In this document: piece after piece, positions 51,866-64,000 of the stretch
How positions within the stretch are numbered: the stretch's first letter is position 1
How the letters are laid out: each line of letters starts with the position of its first letter
Source: Camelus dromedarius
Taxonomy: Eukaryota
Assembly (NCBI RefSeq): GCF_036321535.1
Contig: NC_087437.1
Span: 95,854,001-95,918,000, forward strand
Direction: 5' to 3'
Length of the DNA stretch: 64,000 nt
Notes under the pieces: model-generated
Seen by the model: only the letters and a program-made list of their open reading frames with translations
Databases searched by the model: none
Told to the model about the DNA's origin: nothing
Position numbers and translations under genes: made by a program

Positions 51866-52271
51866 TATTAGTCTAATTGGACTACCATAATAAAATGTCA
51901 AAGAACGGATGGATTAAGCAACCGAAATAAATTTTTTCATAGTTCTGGAGCGTAGAAGTTCATTAATATGCCAGTAGGATTGGTGTCTGGTAAGAACTCT
52001 CTCCTTGGGTTGCAGATAACCACCTTTTTGTTGTGTCCTTACATGGTGGATAGAGAGAGAAAGAGAGAGGGAGGAAGGGAAAGACAGAGAGAGATCTTTT
52101 TTCCTCCCTCTTCTTATAAGGACACAGTCTTATTGGGTTATGTCTCTACCCCACCTTATGACCTCATTTAACTTTACTTTCTAAAGACCCAATCTTTAGA
52201 TACAGTGACTTTGGGGATTAGGGTTTCAACATATGAATTTAGTAGTAGGGGGCCACAATTCAGTCCATAAT
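51866..52271 (-). mobile_element. MaLR LTR (MLT1A0-like)
   Basis: catagttctggag...ccttatgacctcatttaac...ggggattagggtttcaacatatgaattt...cacaattcagtccataa. Confidence 0.85.
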
Positions 52272-55200
52272 TCATGCTTCAGTATTCTCCAACTTGAAAC
52301 ACACACACACACACACAAAACACTCAAACGTCCATCACATCTCCTAATGCCTATGTCTCTTCAGGGCTAAGCACTTCGAAGTTGTATTTGTCATCATGGA
52401 ATATCTTCATTTCCTCTCCTCCCATCAACAGGAGGAGGCTGAAATCAGGCTTCCTATCTCACCACTCCAGTGAAACGTTTAGGCAAGTGTCATCACTGAC
52501 CTACCTGTCAGATTCAGTTGTCATTTTTTAAAAAATCCTGTTTTTGCTGTTCTATTTTCTTTGACACTGTTGACTTTTTACTACTTGAAAGAGTCTTTCT
52601 TTAGTGTCCATAAAATCATTGAAGTTAGAATGATAAACTAGTTTATTAGTTGTTCATAATATGAACCCAGTAAATGTTGTATAAAAGAATTGGTCAATTA
52701 TTTTGCTAATTGTATCAGTTTGTAGTTTCTATATATAATCTGACATGTTTGCAAGTGTTAGTATATAAGAAAATTCATGTACATGTTAATGTATACAAGA
52801 GGTCATTTGAAAATTTCAAGTTACCTTGTTATTTTTCTTCCAGCTACCCTTATATAAAATTTTGTATAAGCCAATAGTATCTTAATTATATACAGCACAA
52901 TTATTTCCTATATTCTCTCTTCAAGAATGAGATTTTAGAGACAATGTTTACTAAGCTTATATTATAAATTAATACTTTTAGTGAAGTTACCATTATTTGT
53001 TATGTTGGGTAAAAAGATTGACAACATTTTATATCTAACCTCCTATTATTTGTAAAGTTACATTTTTGTTAAAATCATGAAAGTTTATTCCAAGTGAAGC
53101 TTCATGCTGTTTGATTACTTTTCATTTTATCACATTATTGTAAGTTAGTATTCATATTCTTTTGACTCTAACTATTTTCTAAGTGGTTTATATATTTCAA
53201 ATAGTATTACTTTAGTTTCTTTTGCATTCTATTTATATATTCAAGCTAAGTAAAATAATCTTTAAAATATTATAAATGTCTAAATCTCTGCAACCTGGAG
53301 ATGAAGGCATTTTTAAAAGCTTGATCTTCACACTGTTTACTATCATCCTACATCTTAAATTTTAAAAGAAATCTTGAAAATTATTTAATTTTCAAAATAC
53401 TTTATTTTCAAAGTAAGTGACTTCATGTTAAGAATTTTAAACAGTTTAAGATTATCTACCCAAAGTTGTCTGGATAAATTTCCAAAAGATACAGACTCTA
53501 GATACAGGATCAGAGTTTGAGAAGCTATTACATTTCTCCATTTCTTAAAAAAGTACATTTAGCACAGATTACCCAAATCCCTAATGTTTCAAGTTCTCTG
53601 ATATAATCTGGATAAAATGCCTGACAAATTTTGTTTAAAAATTGTGAAATATACATAAAAGAGATGAATTAAACATATACATGTATGTGTACAGTTTAAT
53701 AGTTAATAATTAAGTAATCCTCAAATTCTTAGCAATCAGATTAAGAAAGAAAATATCACAAGTATATTATATTAAACTGCCAATCTGTGTACTTCCAATA
53801 TGGTGCCCTTTTCCTATCTTCCAGACTAACAGTTATGCATAATTTGGGTTAATGATTCATCTGTTTTTCTAAAATCCTCCTGTTTGATTTTCTCCTAAGA
53901 AAAAGAAAGACAAGAAATGGGTAGTTCAACCTAAGATGGGGATGAAAGGAGTTACCAGGAAATTAGAAAAAGAAGTATCAGTAAAACTCCCATGCAACAA
54001 GTCAGAAAATCAGACAATTCAAATTGGAGTGGAAAGATGGAAGATTTAAAGAATAATATCTCCAAGAAAAAAAATGGATCAATTCATGGGGGAATTAGGG
54101 GATTTTAAACTTTGACAAATATTTAGAGGATGAATAAGAAGTCTAAATAAGTGAAAATGCAGTTATTAACTCCAACAAAAAATTAAAAAGGAAATATAAT
54201 TATGTTATACTACATAGATATATGTAAACAATATTTACGAAGATGAAATACTACAAATCCCAATTAGTATTCAAAAAGAATGATACAAAACATTTGGTAA
54301 GATACAGGACTTGTGGGATTTTATGTGCTAATGTGTGTCTGCACATTTGTGTATGTGTGTTTGTGCATAGAATGTAGACCATGAATGAGATATAAAAACT
54401 TGTCCCCTGTATTAGGAAGTCAATAAATTGGAGGTAAAAAAGAAAAGAAAAAGGAAAAGCAATAAAAAATGTCAGTTATCAATATCTAAACATTATTTTA
54501 AAACAGCTGAAGTTTGAAAATAACACTAAAAATAAGAAAAACAAGAAAAATATGTTAGTTATCAATATCTATAGAAATATCAGTCGGAACAACTAAAGTA
54601 TTAAAAATACCTGTTTCTCTAGAAGGATCATGAAGGATAACTATTTAACATTTAAAAATACATCCAGGAGTACACAAAAAATATATTCTGTAAACGTTAT
54701 CATAAAATAAATATATGTATATGCATATTCTAATGTTATTTTTTATCAAGATACTTACTGGTGAGTAAATGTAAAATGTTGGCCATCATGAGTGGAAATG
54801 ATTTATTTCTCTAGACCAGTTTTTGTCCATTGACAGAATAATTAAGATAGTTTGGGGCTTTACCTTTCTGATTTATTTTCTTTAACATGAAATATTCAGT
54901 AAAAGCAATTATTTTATGCTACCTGCAGAGACTTTACATCATTTTTCGTCAAAATTTTGCATTAATGGTAATGTTACTGACACTACACTATAGACATAGA
55001 AATGTTTGCAGTAATATTTCCTATTCATTTTATTTTTAATAGTCCATCCTTACCTTCCTGGATTCTAAGAACCAAGTATTTACTGTCAGTTCTTCACAGG
55101 GTAGAAGTAGAACTCTAATTCTAATTCTTGTTCATTCTAAATTATGACCAACTACCTTTCTGTACTACTCAGAGGTTCATAAAAAGGGATTAAAATTATA

Positions 55201-56698
55201 TCATTTTTGATGTAATGATTTTTTGATGAAACTAATCATTTATTTAAATTATTTTCTCCTAAGTTCATCACTTCTGGGCAACTGAGTATAACATTTGTAT
55301 CTAGTGCCTTTGTTCCTGCTAGAATTAGATTGGTTTACCCTTTAAGAAAAAAAATTGTATTTTACAGCAGTGATTCAAAATGAACCTTATTAGATTCTAA
55401 AATATTTCTGTTGGGTCAGTGTTTCTGTAGTTATTAAAGTCATATTTTTTATTATCCCCACAGCACACCCAAGATACAACCAAAGATATAAGTGGTTTTC
55501 CACTAAAATGCTCTTGATTATTTTCATAAATTTGGTGAAAAAATAATCTAAATGTAAACAGTAAATACAATTGTGCTAACTTTTCTCCTTCTTATGGAAT
55601 ATTTAAAATCCTTACTTAATTAAAGAATATTTGAAGCCCCAGAATTTATTATAAACTTGAGTTGGAAAGTATCCCATTAACTAGATGAATAGGTCTGTTC
55701 TCACTATTGATCTCTTTTGCTTTGAATAAATAAAATACAAAGGCATCTGCTTATATGCACGCAAAGCTTTGTGTGACTCCCAAGTACTAAATTATGTATT
55801 CCATATAAATGGATTTTCCTTTTATGGGTTATTTTTCCAATACAATTCCCAAATGAATTCAATTTTCATGTAAGTTAGGAAATGGCTACCCTAGCTTAAG
55901 ACAAGCAGCTACGTAGGGTATAAAGGAAAATTAGTGCATATTAGTACTAAAGATGACCAAACAGCTCATCCATATTTGGATTAATATACTGGTGAAGTGC
56001 TCACTCATGTAGTTTATGAATGTGGTAATCAAATGTGACCAAAATGCAACGTACTATAACAGAAAGTCTTGCAAAATGAAAACATAGTCAAATATAATTT
56101 AAATAAATCCATCAGAGTACAATAGGTTAAAAAAGGGAAGTACACACTGTCAGTGGGACATTCTATTTTCTGAGAATTTAGAGGAATCATTGTTCTTATT
56201 TTATAAAATTTTTTTTGTTTTGTTATCAAATAAAATATAATAGTGTAAATACACTACAGGTTTATTAAGTATGGCCTTTTAAAATATTTTTATATGTTTG
56301 AAACTCAATATATCTTACTAACTGCAGAGTAAACAAATAATATAATTTATAAAAATGATTTTTGTCTTTGATATAACTTATGTCCACGTGCTTTTCTCTT
56401 AGTTCTTAGGTACATGGTTTTCACTTCTGATAGGACAATGTTAAATACTTACTTATATTTTTAGCATCAATATTTGCAATACAATTGCATTATAATAAAC
56501 TGACAGTTTCCTTGTAATATAGATTGTTAGTACTGCTTAATCAATCAGTAAATTTATTCCTTTTTCTGTATTCAAAATTTATGTAACTACCTTAACATAT
56601 ATTAATATATTTAATCAGTTTTTAAGATCATTGGTAAAATCAATATAATAGATTTTTTTTTTTTTTTTGCTATATACAAATTCCCTTTATATCTTTAT

Positions 56699-56869
56699 TG
56701 CTGTTGGGGTGGTTTTTTTTTTTTTTTTTTTTTTTTGGTGGGGGGAGGAGGGTGAGATAATTAGGTTTATTTATTTATTTATTTATTTTTTAAGTGGTAC
56801 TGGGGATTGAACTCAGGACCTCATGCATGCTAAGCACAGCACTTTACCACTAAGCAATACCCTCCTCAC
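56699..56869 (-). mobile_element. Vic-1-like SINE, long form with double tail
   Basis: T-run, ggggaggag...taattaggtttatttattt, gtactggggattgaactcaggacctcatgcatgctaagcac...taccac; TSD ctttatatctttat/ctttatatacttat. Confidence 0.9.
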
Positions 56870-59261
56870 CTTTATATACTTATATTATATACTATTTATT
56901 TAAATCTTTATTATTATCTGTATATCTTAAAATGAGGTAATAAACAATTAAAAATAATTCTCAATAAAATTTTACATTTTAAGTGTAGTATTTCTAGTGT
57001 ATCAGTCACAGAGATGATGCCTAGAGATGTGTATCAAGCATCATTGTTATTAAGTAAACTACATAATCTCACTATATTGTGTGCATAAACTTTACAGGTA
57101 AGTGGGTAATCATTATGCAAAGAGAGAACATAAACTTCTTTAATCATTATAGATGTTTAAGCATGCACATTAGAAAGGCAATTTTGCTACATTAAGGAGA
57201 CAGATTAATAAGCGAAAATAATGCAGAATGCTTAAGAGATACTCTTCTTTTGAAAATGGAAAATCAGTTCCACAAAACTTAAAGGATTATTTGACCTATG
57301 TCTCCTGTATGGTTCTGGTATAATGCTAAGAATGGTTTATGCTAACTTAATGAAGGTATTGTGGAAAAGTTAAACTGCAGTTCACATATAAAATGTTCAT
57401 TATGAAGTGAAAAAAAAATCCCTTGTTATTTGTAAGTAAACGTTTTTGTATTTTTAAATCATTTTAAAGACAGCCTAAATAAGGATGAACAGTATGAATA
57501 ATACTAATAATTGACATTAACGGACAGTACACACCAAGTACCAATAAGCACTTTGCATGAACTATTCAGTGTAACTAATTGATTATGGGTGTGTCTACCC
57601 AACAACAATAGCTAAAATTCTATTGCAGAAAAAAAGTGACTCACGTATTTTCAGATACTTGAAAAATTTATGTAACTGTAATATACGGCCTATTTAATTG
57701 ATTGTGCATGTATAGATGTTTATCTCTTCGTCTCCTTGGGGCTCCTAACATTTTTTGATCAAAGAATGATAAAATTTAATCACTTAGCTAATTGCAAAAT
57801 CATTGGGAATTTCTCTTTTGTCATGCTGGTAGAGTAAGTTCAAGCTATGATCCAACTCTCCTGCAATGATAGAGAAAATATAAAGACAGAGTGAGAACTA
57901 AAATCAGAGTTGATATGAGTGACTTAATATATTCATGGCCCAGTTAGCGAACAGAAAATCAGCATGAATACCTTCAAGATGAGAGGAAAATCCCGTTTTT
58001 TAAATATCCGTGGCAGAAATTGAAAATGTAAGATTCAGTCACACTATCTCCATGCAGGCATCTTAGTTTTGCTTACGGTCTGTGGGTGTTGGAAGAGAGG
58101 GGTGAGGAACACGGACAGAACATGGGAGAGAAGATAAACGCACAGGACTGCAGATTTCAAAACTTCCTGATTATGCCACAGTTGTAGGGATAAAGACAGA
58201 TGTACACTTTCTTATGTAAATATTCACTGAGTTAAAGATTAAAAAAGTAAAGTGCAGAACCAACATTTAGTGGATGTTCGAGGAGGAAATGCATTTGAGA
58301 GAACCAATATATTAGGGGGGATTACTTTAAAATTCATTGTAAAATGGGGATCTGATTTCGGGATCATAAGTCATGTAAAATCTGGGGGCTTCTTGAATCC
58401 TTCCTGGATTTTAGGTTGAAGATCTCAGGGGAGCATCTGTCAGATGCTGTCAAAATGAGATGAACAGTCACTTTGTGGATGCTGTGTTTCCACAATCAGA
58501 ATTGAGGTCCAACTTCTTGGAGTCTTTCCCTTTGAGATATTGTAGAAATTCTGTCAGCCTGCATTCCCCTAAGAAGGAGAAGCCTCTCTCATGACTGGAG
58601 CAAGTTCCTTTCTGAGACTAGGAAAAGACATCACCATCCCAGGAAAGACATCACAAGTCATCCTGAACTCCTCTTAATCTCTCTGATGTTCTAGGCCATA
58701 TGAAAGGAAGCAGACCATCAGCTTTTAAGAGGGGTGGTGTACAGGAAATAACTGTTTACTTGACAAGAGTGTACATTCCAAATTAAAGTATCAGGGGGAC
58801 TTCTAAAGCTGGGTGCTTTTAAAATTTGGTTTAGCTGTCCTAATTTATTATCTCTTGTAACACTGCCACATGAAACGATGTGATTCTCGAATGGTTTGTT
58901 ATGGGTCATACCAGGCATGTAAAACCAGAGATTTGTTGCTCTTAGATGTGCCCTTAAGCAAGGCTGAATTTTGACTTATAATTAGTTTTTCATATACTAG
59001 TTAATAATGCACCTTTAAAACATGCAAAATAAATAACCAACAGAGAGTGTTTTCTGCTGATTTCAATTGTGAGCAAAAAGACTACATCAGCTTCCCAAAC
59101 ACTGGAAATGTGTTTTGCTTTCTTTTTAAATTAAAAAGTAGCTTGATCACAGGCCCTATAAATCTGAAATGTATATTTTCTGGCCATTTAAACTAAAGTA
59201 TTTTTCTTTTTCTCCCCTACTAATGTTTACTTAGTCCTTCACGTGATTCTTGCTGATGTAC

Positions 59262-59750
59262 ATTAGTTAGACAACTTTGGTTTTCCAGTTACAGAAATGC
59301 CTGGGTAGGTCCTTGTGGCCTGATCTCTGGATCTCAGGGTTCAGATGAAGTTTGTTCCTTCTCTTTCTCTGTGTCTCTGTCTCTGTCTTGTCTCTCTCTT
59401 ATACATGTAATTTGTTTCTCTGATTTCCTTATACTGTAGGTAAAAATTCCATGCAGGAGGGTAAATTGAAAACCAGCTTCCACAACTTCTATACCCCATA
59501 TGACCATAATGTCACCAAGTCAAATAGAAAAGTCCTAGGGAAGACTGATTGGCCCAACTACATCTCATGCCTACCCTTAAACTACTCTCTGTAGCAAAAG
59601 CTAGGGGAGATCTGATTGGTCAACCGGATCCCAAGTCCACTCTTGTCATGGGGATAGATACTACCTCTGACAGCACCACTTCTCCCACCAAGACCAGAAC
59701 ATTAAGGACGGGGTGGTCGTCAAAGGAAAGGATGCTAGAGAAGCAGTTTA
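59262..59750 (-). mobile_element. Old MaLR LTR (MLT1K-like)
   Basis: aaagtcctagggaagactgattggccc...catgcctacccttaaac...tctgattggtc. Confidence 0.65.
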
Positions 59751-59835
59751 AGTGCACCCTGGTGGACACCAAGCCAGAACCATGAAATGCAGAGCAAGCC
59801 TACATAGGTCAATATTAAAATAATTGTTTACTTAC

Positions 59836-60439
59836 CACATCAGTCAGGGTCCAGACAGAAAATAATACCAGTTCTTTTAACAGAGAATTTTAATATAGAA
59901 AATCAGTTCAACAAGTACTGGAAGACTTGGAGGACAAAGGTAACACTGAGGTATCTCAGAGGTGGTAACTGCAAGAGGCAGCTAGAACCTCTATATCTGG
60001 GGGACCTTTCCCTCCAAAAAGAAGTTGGGATTATTAGAACCTAGAAGGTTTGATGTGAGTACCTGCAGTGCTGGAAGCCAGATCTCTGAGAAGGGAGTAC
60101 TGTCCCACTAGTGCTGGCGTCTGTGCGGGGCCAGGATGAGGTTTGTTCTTGGGATGTGGAAATATGAACTGCAAACAGGTGCTAGATGCTAGTCTGAGGG
60201 TGAAGAACATTTGCTGAAGTGACAACAAAAGGTAAAGAATGCAAAACAAGGAGGGGCGAGTCCTTGCTTCATCCTCCAGCCTTCCAGTCTCCTTCTAGTA
60301 GCCCCTATTGGCAAAGCCTAACACCCTTCCTGTTGGCAAAGCAGAAATGTGGTTTATGGAGTTGCAGCCTCAGCATCACACAGAAGAGCCTGGAAGGGTG
60401 GACTTGAATCTGACAGACAACAGCTTAATAACCAGCACA
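59836..60439 (-). mobile_element. ERVL LTR41-like solo LTR
   Basis: Minus strand starts tgtgctggttattaagctgttgtctg...aaaccacatttctgctttgcca...gccaataggggc, as in LTR41; other end atcagtcagggtcca. Confidence 0.8.
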
Positions 60440-63400
60440 TCAAGGATGGCAGCATCAATTCTGCTTCAGCTGGGGAAGATTTATGCACTAGCAGTGGGTT
60501 TTTGTCTGTATCTAAAGATACATTTAATAATTAGAAACATAACACATGTAAGTGTGAATTACCACCAGACATCTCTTGCATTCAGTCCTGTCTCATGATC
60601 CACTAGTTTCTTAACACTTCATTCTTACACCAAGTTCTTTCTACTCTAGAGATTTTTGGAATCATCATCTACTTAGACCTTGGAGCTTGTTTATCACCTT
60701 TCACGGAAAGAGGTGTCTGAAGCTTTTGTTTGGATTATGAATTCAGAGTGTCAGCTGAGACTGTTGCTTGACTCTAGCCTGTTTGAACAGAAATAATTTT
60801 TAGGGAGGCATTTTTTCCTTTAAATTTATTATGAACTTTTTGTTAAAAAAAAAACCCAAAGTATTTGTTTTGAGTTTTCAAAAAAAAATCATAGTTTTAA
60901 TTCAGCTCTACTTGTTTTCCTTTCCTTTTATTTTCTTATATTTCCACTCTCCTCATAGAACATCCCAGACATTGTTTTAGAAATATTGAAGCATTTAGTT
61001 GTTTTTCTTTTTAGTCAACCTGAAAATTAACGATGGATACAGGAAGAAAATAGAAATTAGGATTTTATTTTGATAAAGATATTCTGAATTCCATTAGGAA
61101 GACTGTAGCAATCTTGAGAAGCTGGCATAAATGATTCGTATTCACTAAATAGCAGTGGAAAAGTTTAATGTGGAATCTCACCACAGCTAATTATATGTGT
61201 TAGCTATGTTGAGTAGTTTGCTAGCTCAGATAACCTTTAAACTTTGGCTGTAATGGTAATTTACTTAATGGAGGGGCTTAATAGAAATATTGAAACAAAT
61301 GTACCTCCTTAGATTTACCAAGATTGGATTGGGAAGTTAGAAGACATGAATGTGCTGTGCACACATACTGACAGAAAACCATGTCATTCTAATGATTCAT
61401 AATTTCTAATTAGCCATGATTATTCTGAGTGGTTGTGGATATACATTTTAATTGTATCACATACCGTAATTTCCAATTTCCGCGGAGATGCTGATGAAGT
61501 GAAAGTCGTACTGCAAAGTCATCATTTAAATATTTGAGAAATGGAAGGCTTTAAGAGGGATAAATATCCACAGCTCAATTATCATTTCTATCGATCTCAG
61601 AAGTCAATTTTGTCTTTGTAATATGGATGGCTGTCTCTTTTCTCTTCCCTAGCTCAACATCATGGAGGGGATTTGGAACTGTGATGCCTTGTTCTCAGTG
61701 ATTGGAGAGAATGCTGTACTCCATCACATACTCAGCTTTTCCAAAGACAAAAAAGTAGTCAGAGGAGTAGAGGCAGGGGAGGTGGAGCAACTGAACAGAA
61801 TGTCATTGTTGTATCACAAGAGTTTAGTCTGAGTTAGAACTGAGTGATAAAGGTGGAAAGGTCTCACCATGACATTCACATTTCATATTAATTAAAAGAA
61901 TTATTTGGAGGATACTTAATCAGATTTATCTTGTATTTAGACTTTAAAGTCCAAAGTAAAAGAATTGGTAGGTCTGCAAGCAAAAGATAATTGTCTGAGC
62001 AAGTTATGTCTCCCAGTAGCTTCTGATGTGAAAAGAGGAAATAAAGCAAGTTAGCAGATGTGAATTTCCATGATGACTGAAACAACTGAAAGCTGTTTGT
62101 TGGCTTTTTCTGGATACAAGGACATTCTATGCATCATCTAGGTCTTGAATTATAAGATACAGAAAAGCTGAAATAAGCATACCTAAGACAACCTTCTTGG
62201 AAGTGTTACTCACCTGTATTAATTTGGGGCCCAGAAACTGAATGCAAAAATTAAGAAGAGTCTATCCCATTTCAATATCCATTTGTAATTACATGCAGAG
62301 CATTTCTTAACTTGAGATTTCATGAAGTCAACTGGGAGACTGGTTATGGACAAATATACCTACATTTAGGTTGAGAAATGGGTATAATTTATGGTAGAGT
62401 TAACCAAAGCAAAAAATTATTCATCTAAACTATATAAATGATAGTTATCTGGGGATTTGATTAATCTTTCAATTTCTCCTCACCAATAAAATGGTGATGC
62501 TATTTAGCAAGATATGACCAAGGGAATAATCTCTGCCTTAGATTAATCAGATCTGGATTTCTTTTCTTGCATTCTACTTGACTTAATGTATGTTTCATGT
62601 TTGTTTCATTCTATAGTGTCCATATATGTATCCCTATTACTAATTGCAGAAAATTGCTTTAAGTTTATTTAAATTACTATAGCATTACTAAGTAAAGTTT
62701 TTATAAATTTTTAAATATGCATTAATATATTTAATCAAAAAATGTATTAATACTTAGATCCTCTATGTGGAAATTACTTCAAATTACCAAAACATTGTCA
62801 TGCCTATTGCAATGAAAGGAGATATAAATAAGAATATACTTAATACAGTGCTTGGCACATACTTAGAATTTTTTTTATTATCACTAATAAGAGTATATAT
62901 CCCCTAATAAGAATTATAACTGGGATCATGCTTACATTACAATGATATATGTGATCCTTATCTCCTTGAAACTTACGGTTTAATAGGAAAGTCAGACAAT
63001 TAAACAATAAAACCAATAAAGGTTAATAAATATTGTGATAAACCAAGTACATTGTTATGAAAATACATAACAAGAGCAAGTTATCCAACCTAATAGCTAC
63101 TCTTCTTTTTGTACTGAAGCTCTTGTTTGTACATAGCTTAAGTGCTTAATAAATACATTTTTTAATTGAAGGAATGGTTTAATCTGAGCTCTCTGTCCAA
63201 TTTCCAAATTGTTTCCAATTTTCTCCACATTTAGTAATTGACCACATATTTCATATTCTAATCTTTCCAAAGAAAAAAGGGCCTTTCATTTTGAGTTGGC
63301 AGTGAAAACTGACGCCCCAGTTAGGCAAGCCTATATGCTCCCTGACAACTATTTTTTAAAACATAATTATACTCTTTAAGTACCACAACTTAAAGATTTA

Positions 63401-64000
63401 ACTGTTTTGCCATTTTACACCCAATCTTAAATAATTTTCTGTCTGTGTATAGTATTCTGTCATTTTATATAGATCATGAGTAAAGACACAATAAATATAT
63501 ATAGAAAAAAAAATAAAGTTAACTTCCCCCAAAAAAGCACAAAGACAACTATATTGAGAGTTTATCCCTAGAGTCACCAGTGATCAATGATCACTGTACA
63601 AGAGAAGTTAAATTTATCAAAAAAGAATGATTCAATTGCAGTCACAACTTAAAAGGATATTCCCCAATTCCTCTAGAGTGAAGATGCTTAACTCCAAGTT
63701 CATAGCCCTCAAGGGTTCCATCACCAGACATGGTGAGAAGTGGGGGTGGTGTCTCTAAGTTTTGCAACAACTTTTGCTCTCTCTCTCTATTATGCATCTT
63801 TCCGGAGAAAGGATCTGTACTTTTAATCTGTTTCCCAGAGTCACAACTGTAAAATGGAAAGAAACCATATTCTCGAGGGTGTGGCAAGTCAACTTAAATC
63901 TATAAGAATGACAGGAGGAGTAGCAGCACGTAGCCTCTTCCAGTTGGAACTAGATTGACTGTTGGTAAGCCCCTGCTTAATTTTCTTTCAAAACCCAACA

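Noticed and set aside
57090..57105. Perfect plus-strand donor CAG|GTAAGT, and lone minus-strand donors near 14003, 18900, 40500 and 57643
   Set aside because: No convincing paired acceptor with a recognisable frame; lone consensus sites are common in intronic DNA.
63578..63596. Palindrome cagtgatca-a-tgatcactg (similar 9-bp stem at 26413-26435)
   Set aside because: Isolated 9-bp stems are expected a few times in 64 kb; no supporting context.
752..63887. The many 60-126 aa ORFs in the track
   Set aside because: Short, often non-ATG starts, many inside repeats, no recognisable domains except the L1 ORF2p remnant; expected by chance.
1..64000. Prokaryotic or viral systems, intact ERV internal genes, processed pseudogenes
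   Set aside because: No gag/pol/env, operon-like ORFs or mRNA-derived coding remnants seen; all ERV traces are solo LTRs.

Overview
AT-rich, CpG-poor mammalian non-coding DNA, most likely camelid (Camelus/Vicugna): four tRNA-Ala-derived Vic-1-type SINEs are present and I saw no ruminant Bov-A/BovB or pig PRE-1 copies. No recognisable host protein-coding exon. The only identifiable peptide is a dead L1 ORF2p C-terminal fragment (49609-49911, minus). Much of the window is interspersed repeat: L2, MIR, old L1M, younger L1 3' ends, MaLR/ERVL LTRs, six ERV1-class solo LTRs (three with perfect 4-bp TSDs), a Tigger2-type MITE and MER20. The best non-repeat signal is a minus-strand Pol II promoter at about 13.7 kb: TATAAAA at -31 to a TTAGT initiator, a palindromic T-box-like site and a perfect GC box. 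It leads into a ~293-nt hairpin-rich first exon ending in GAC|GTAAGT, with a plausible 191-nt second exon at 2347-2537. LTR orientation bias hints at an intron of a large plus-strand transcript, which would make this a nested antisense unit (inference). Several repeat-free blocks look like enhancers. Repeat family names are from memory of consensus sequences, and boundaries without TSDs are approximate. I found no convincing evidence of a wholly new biological system.
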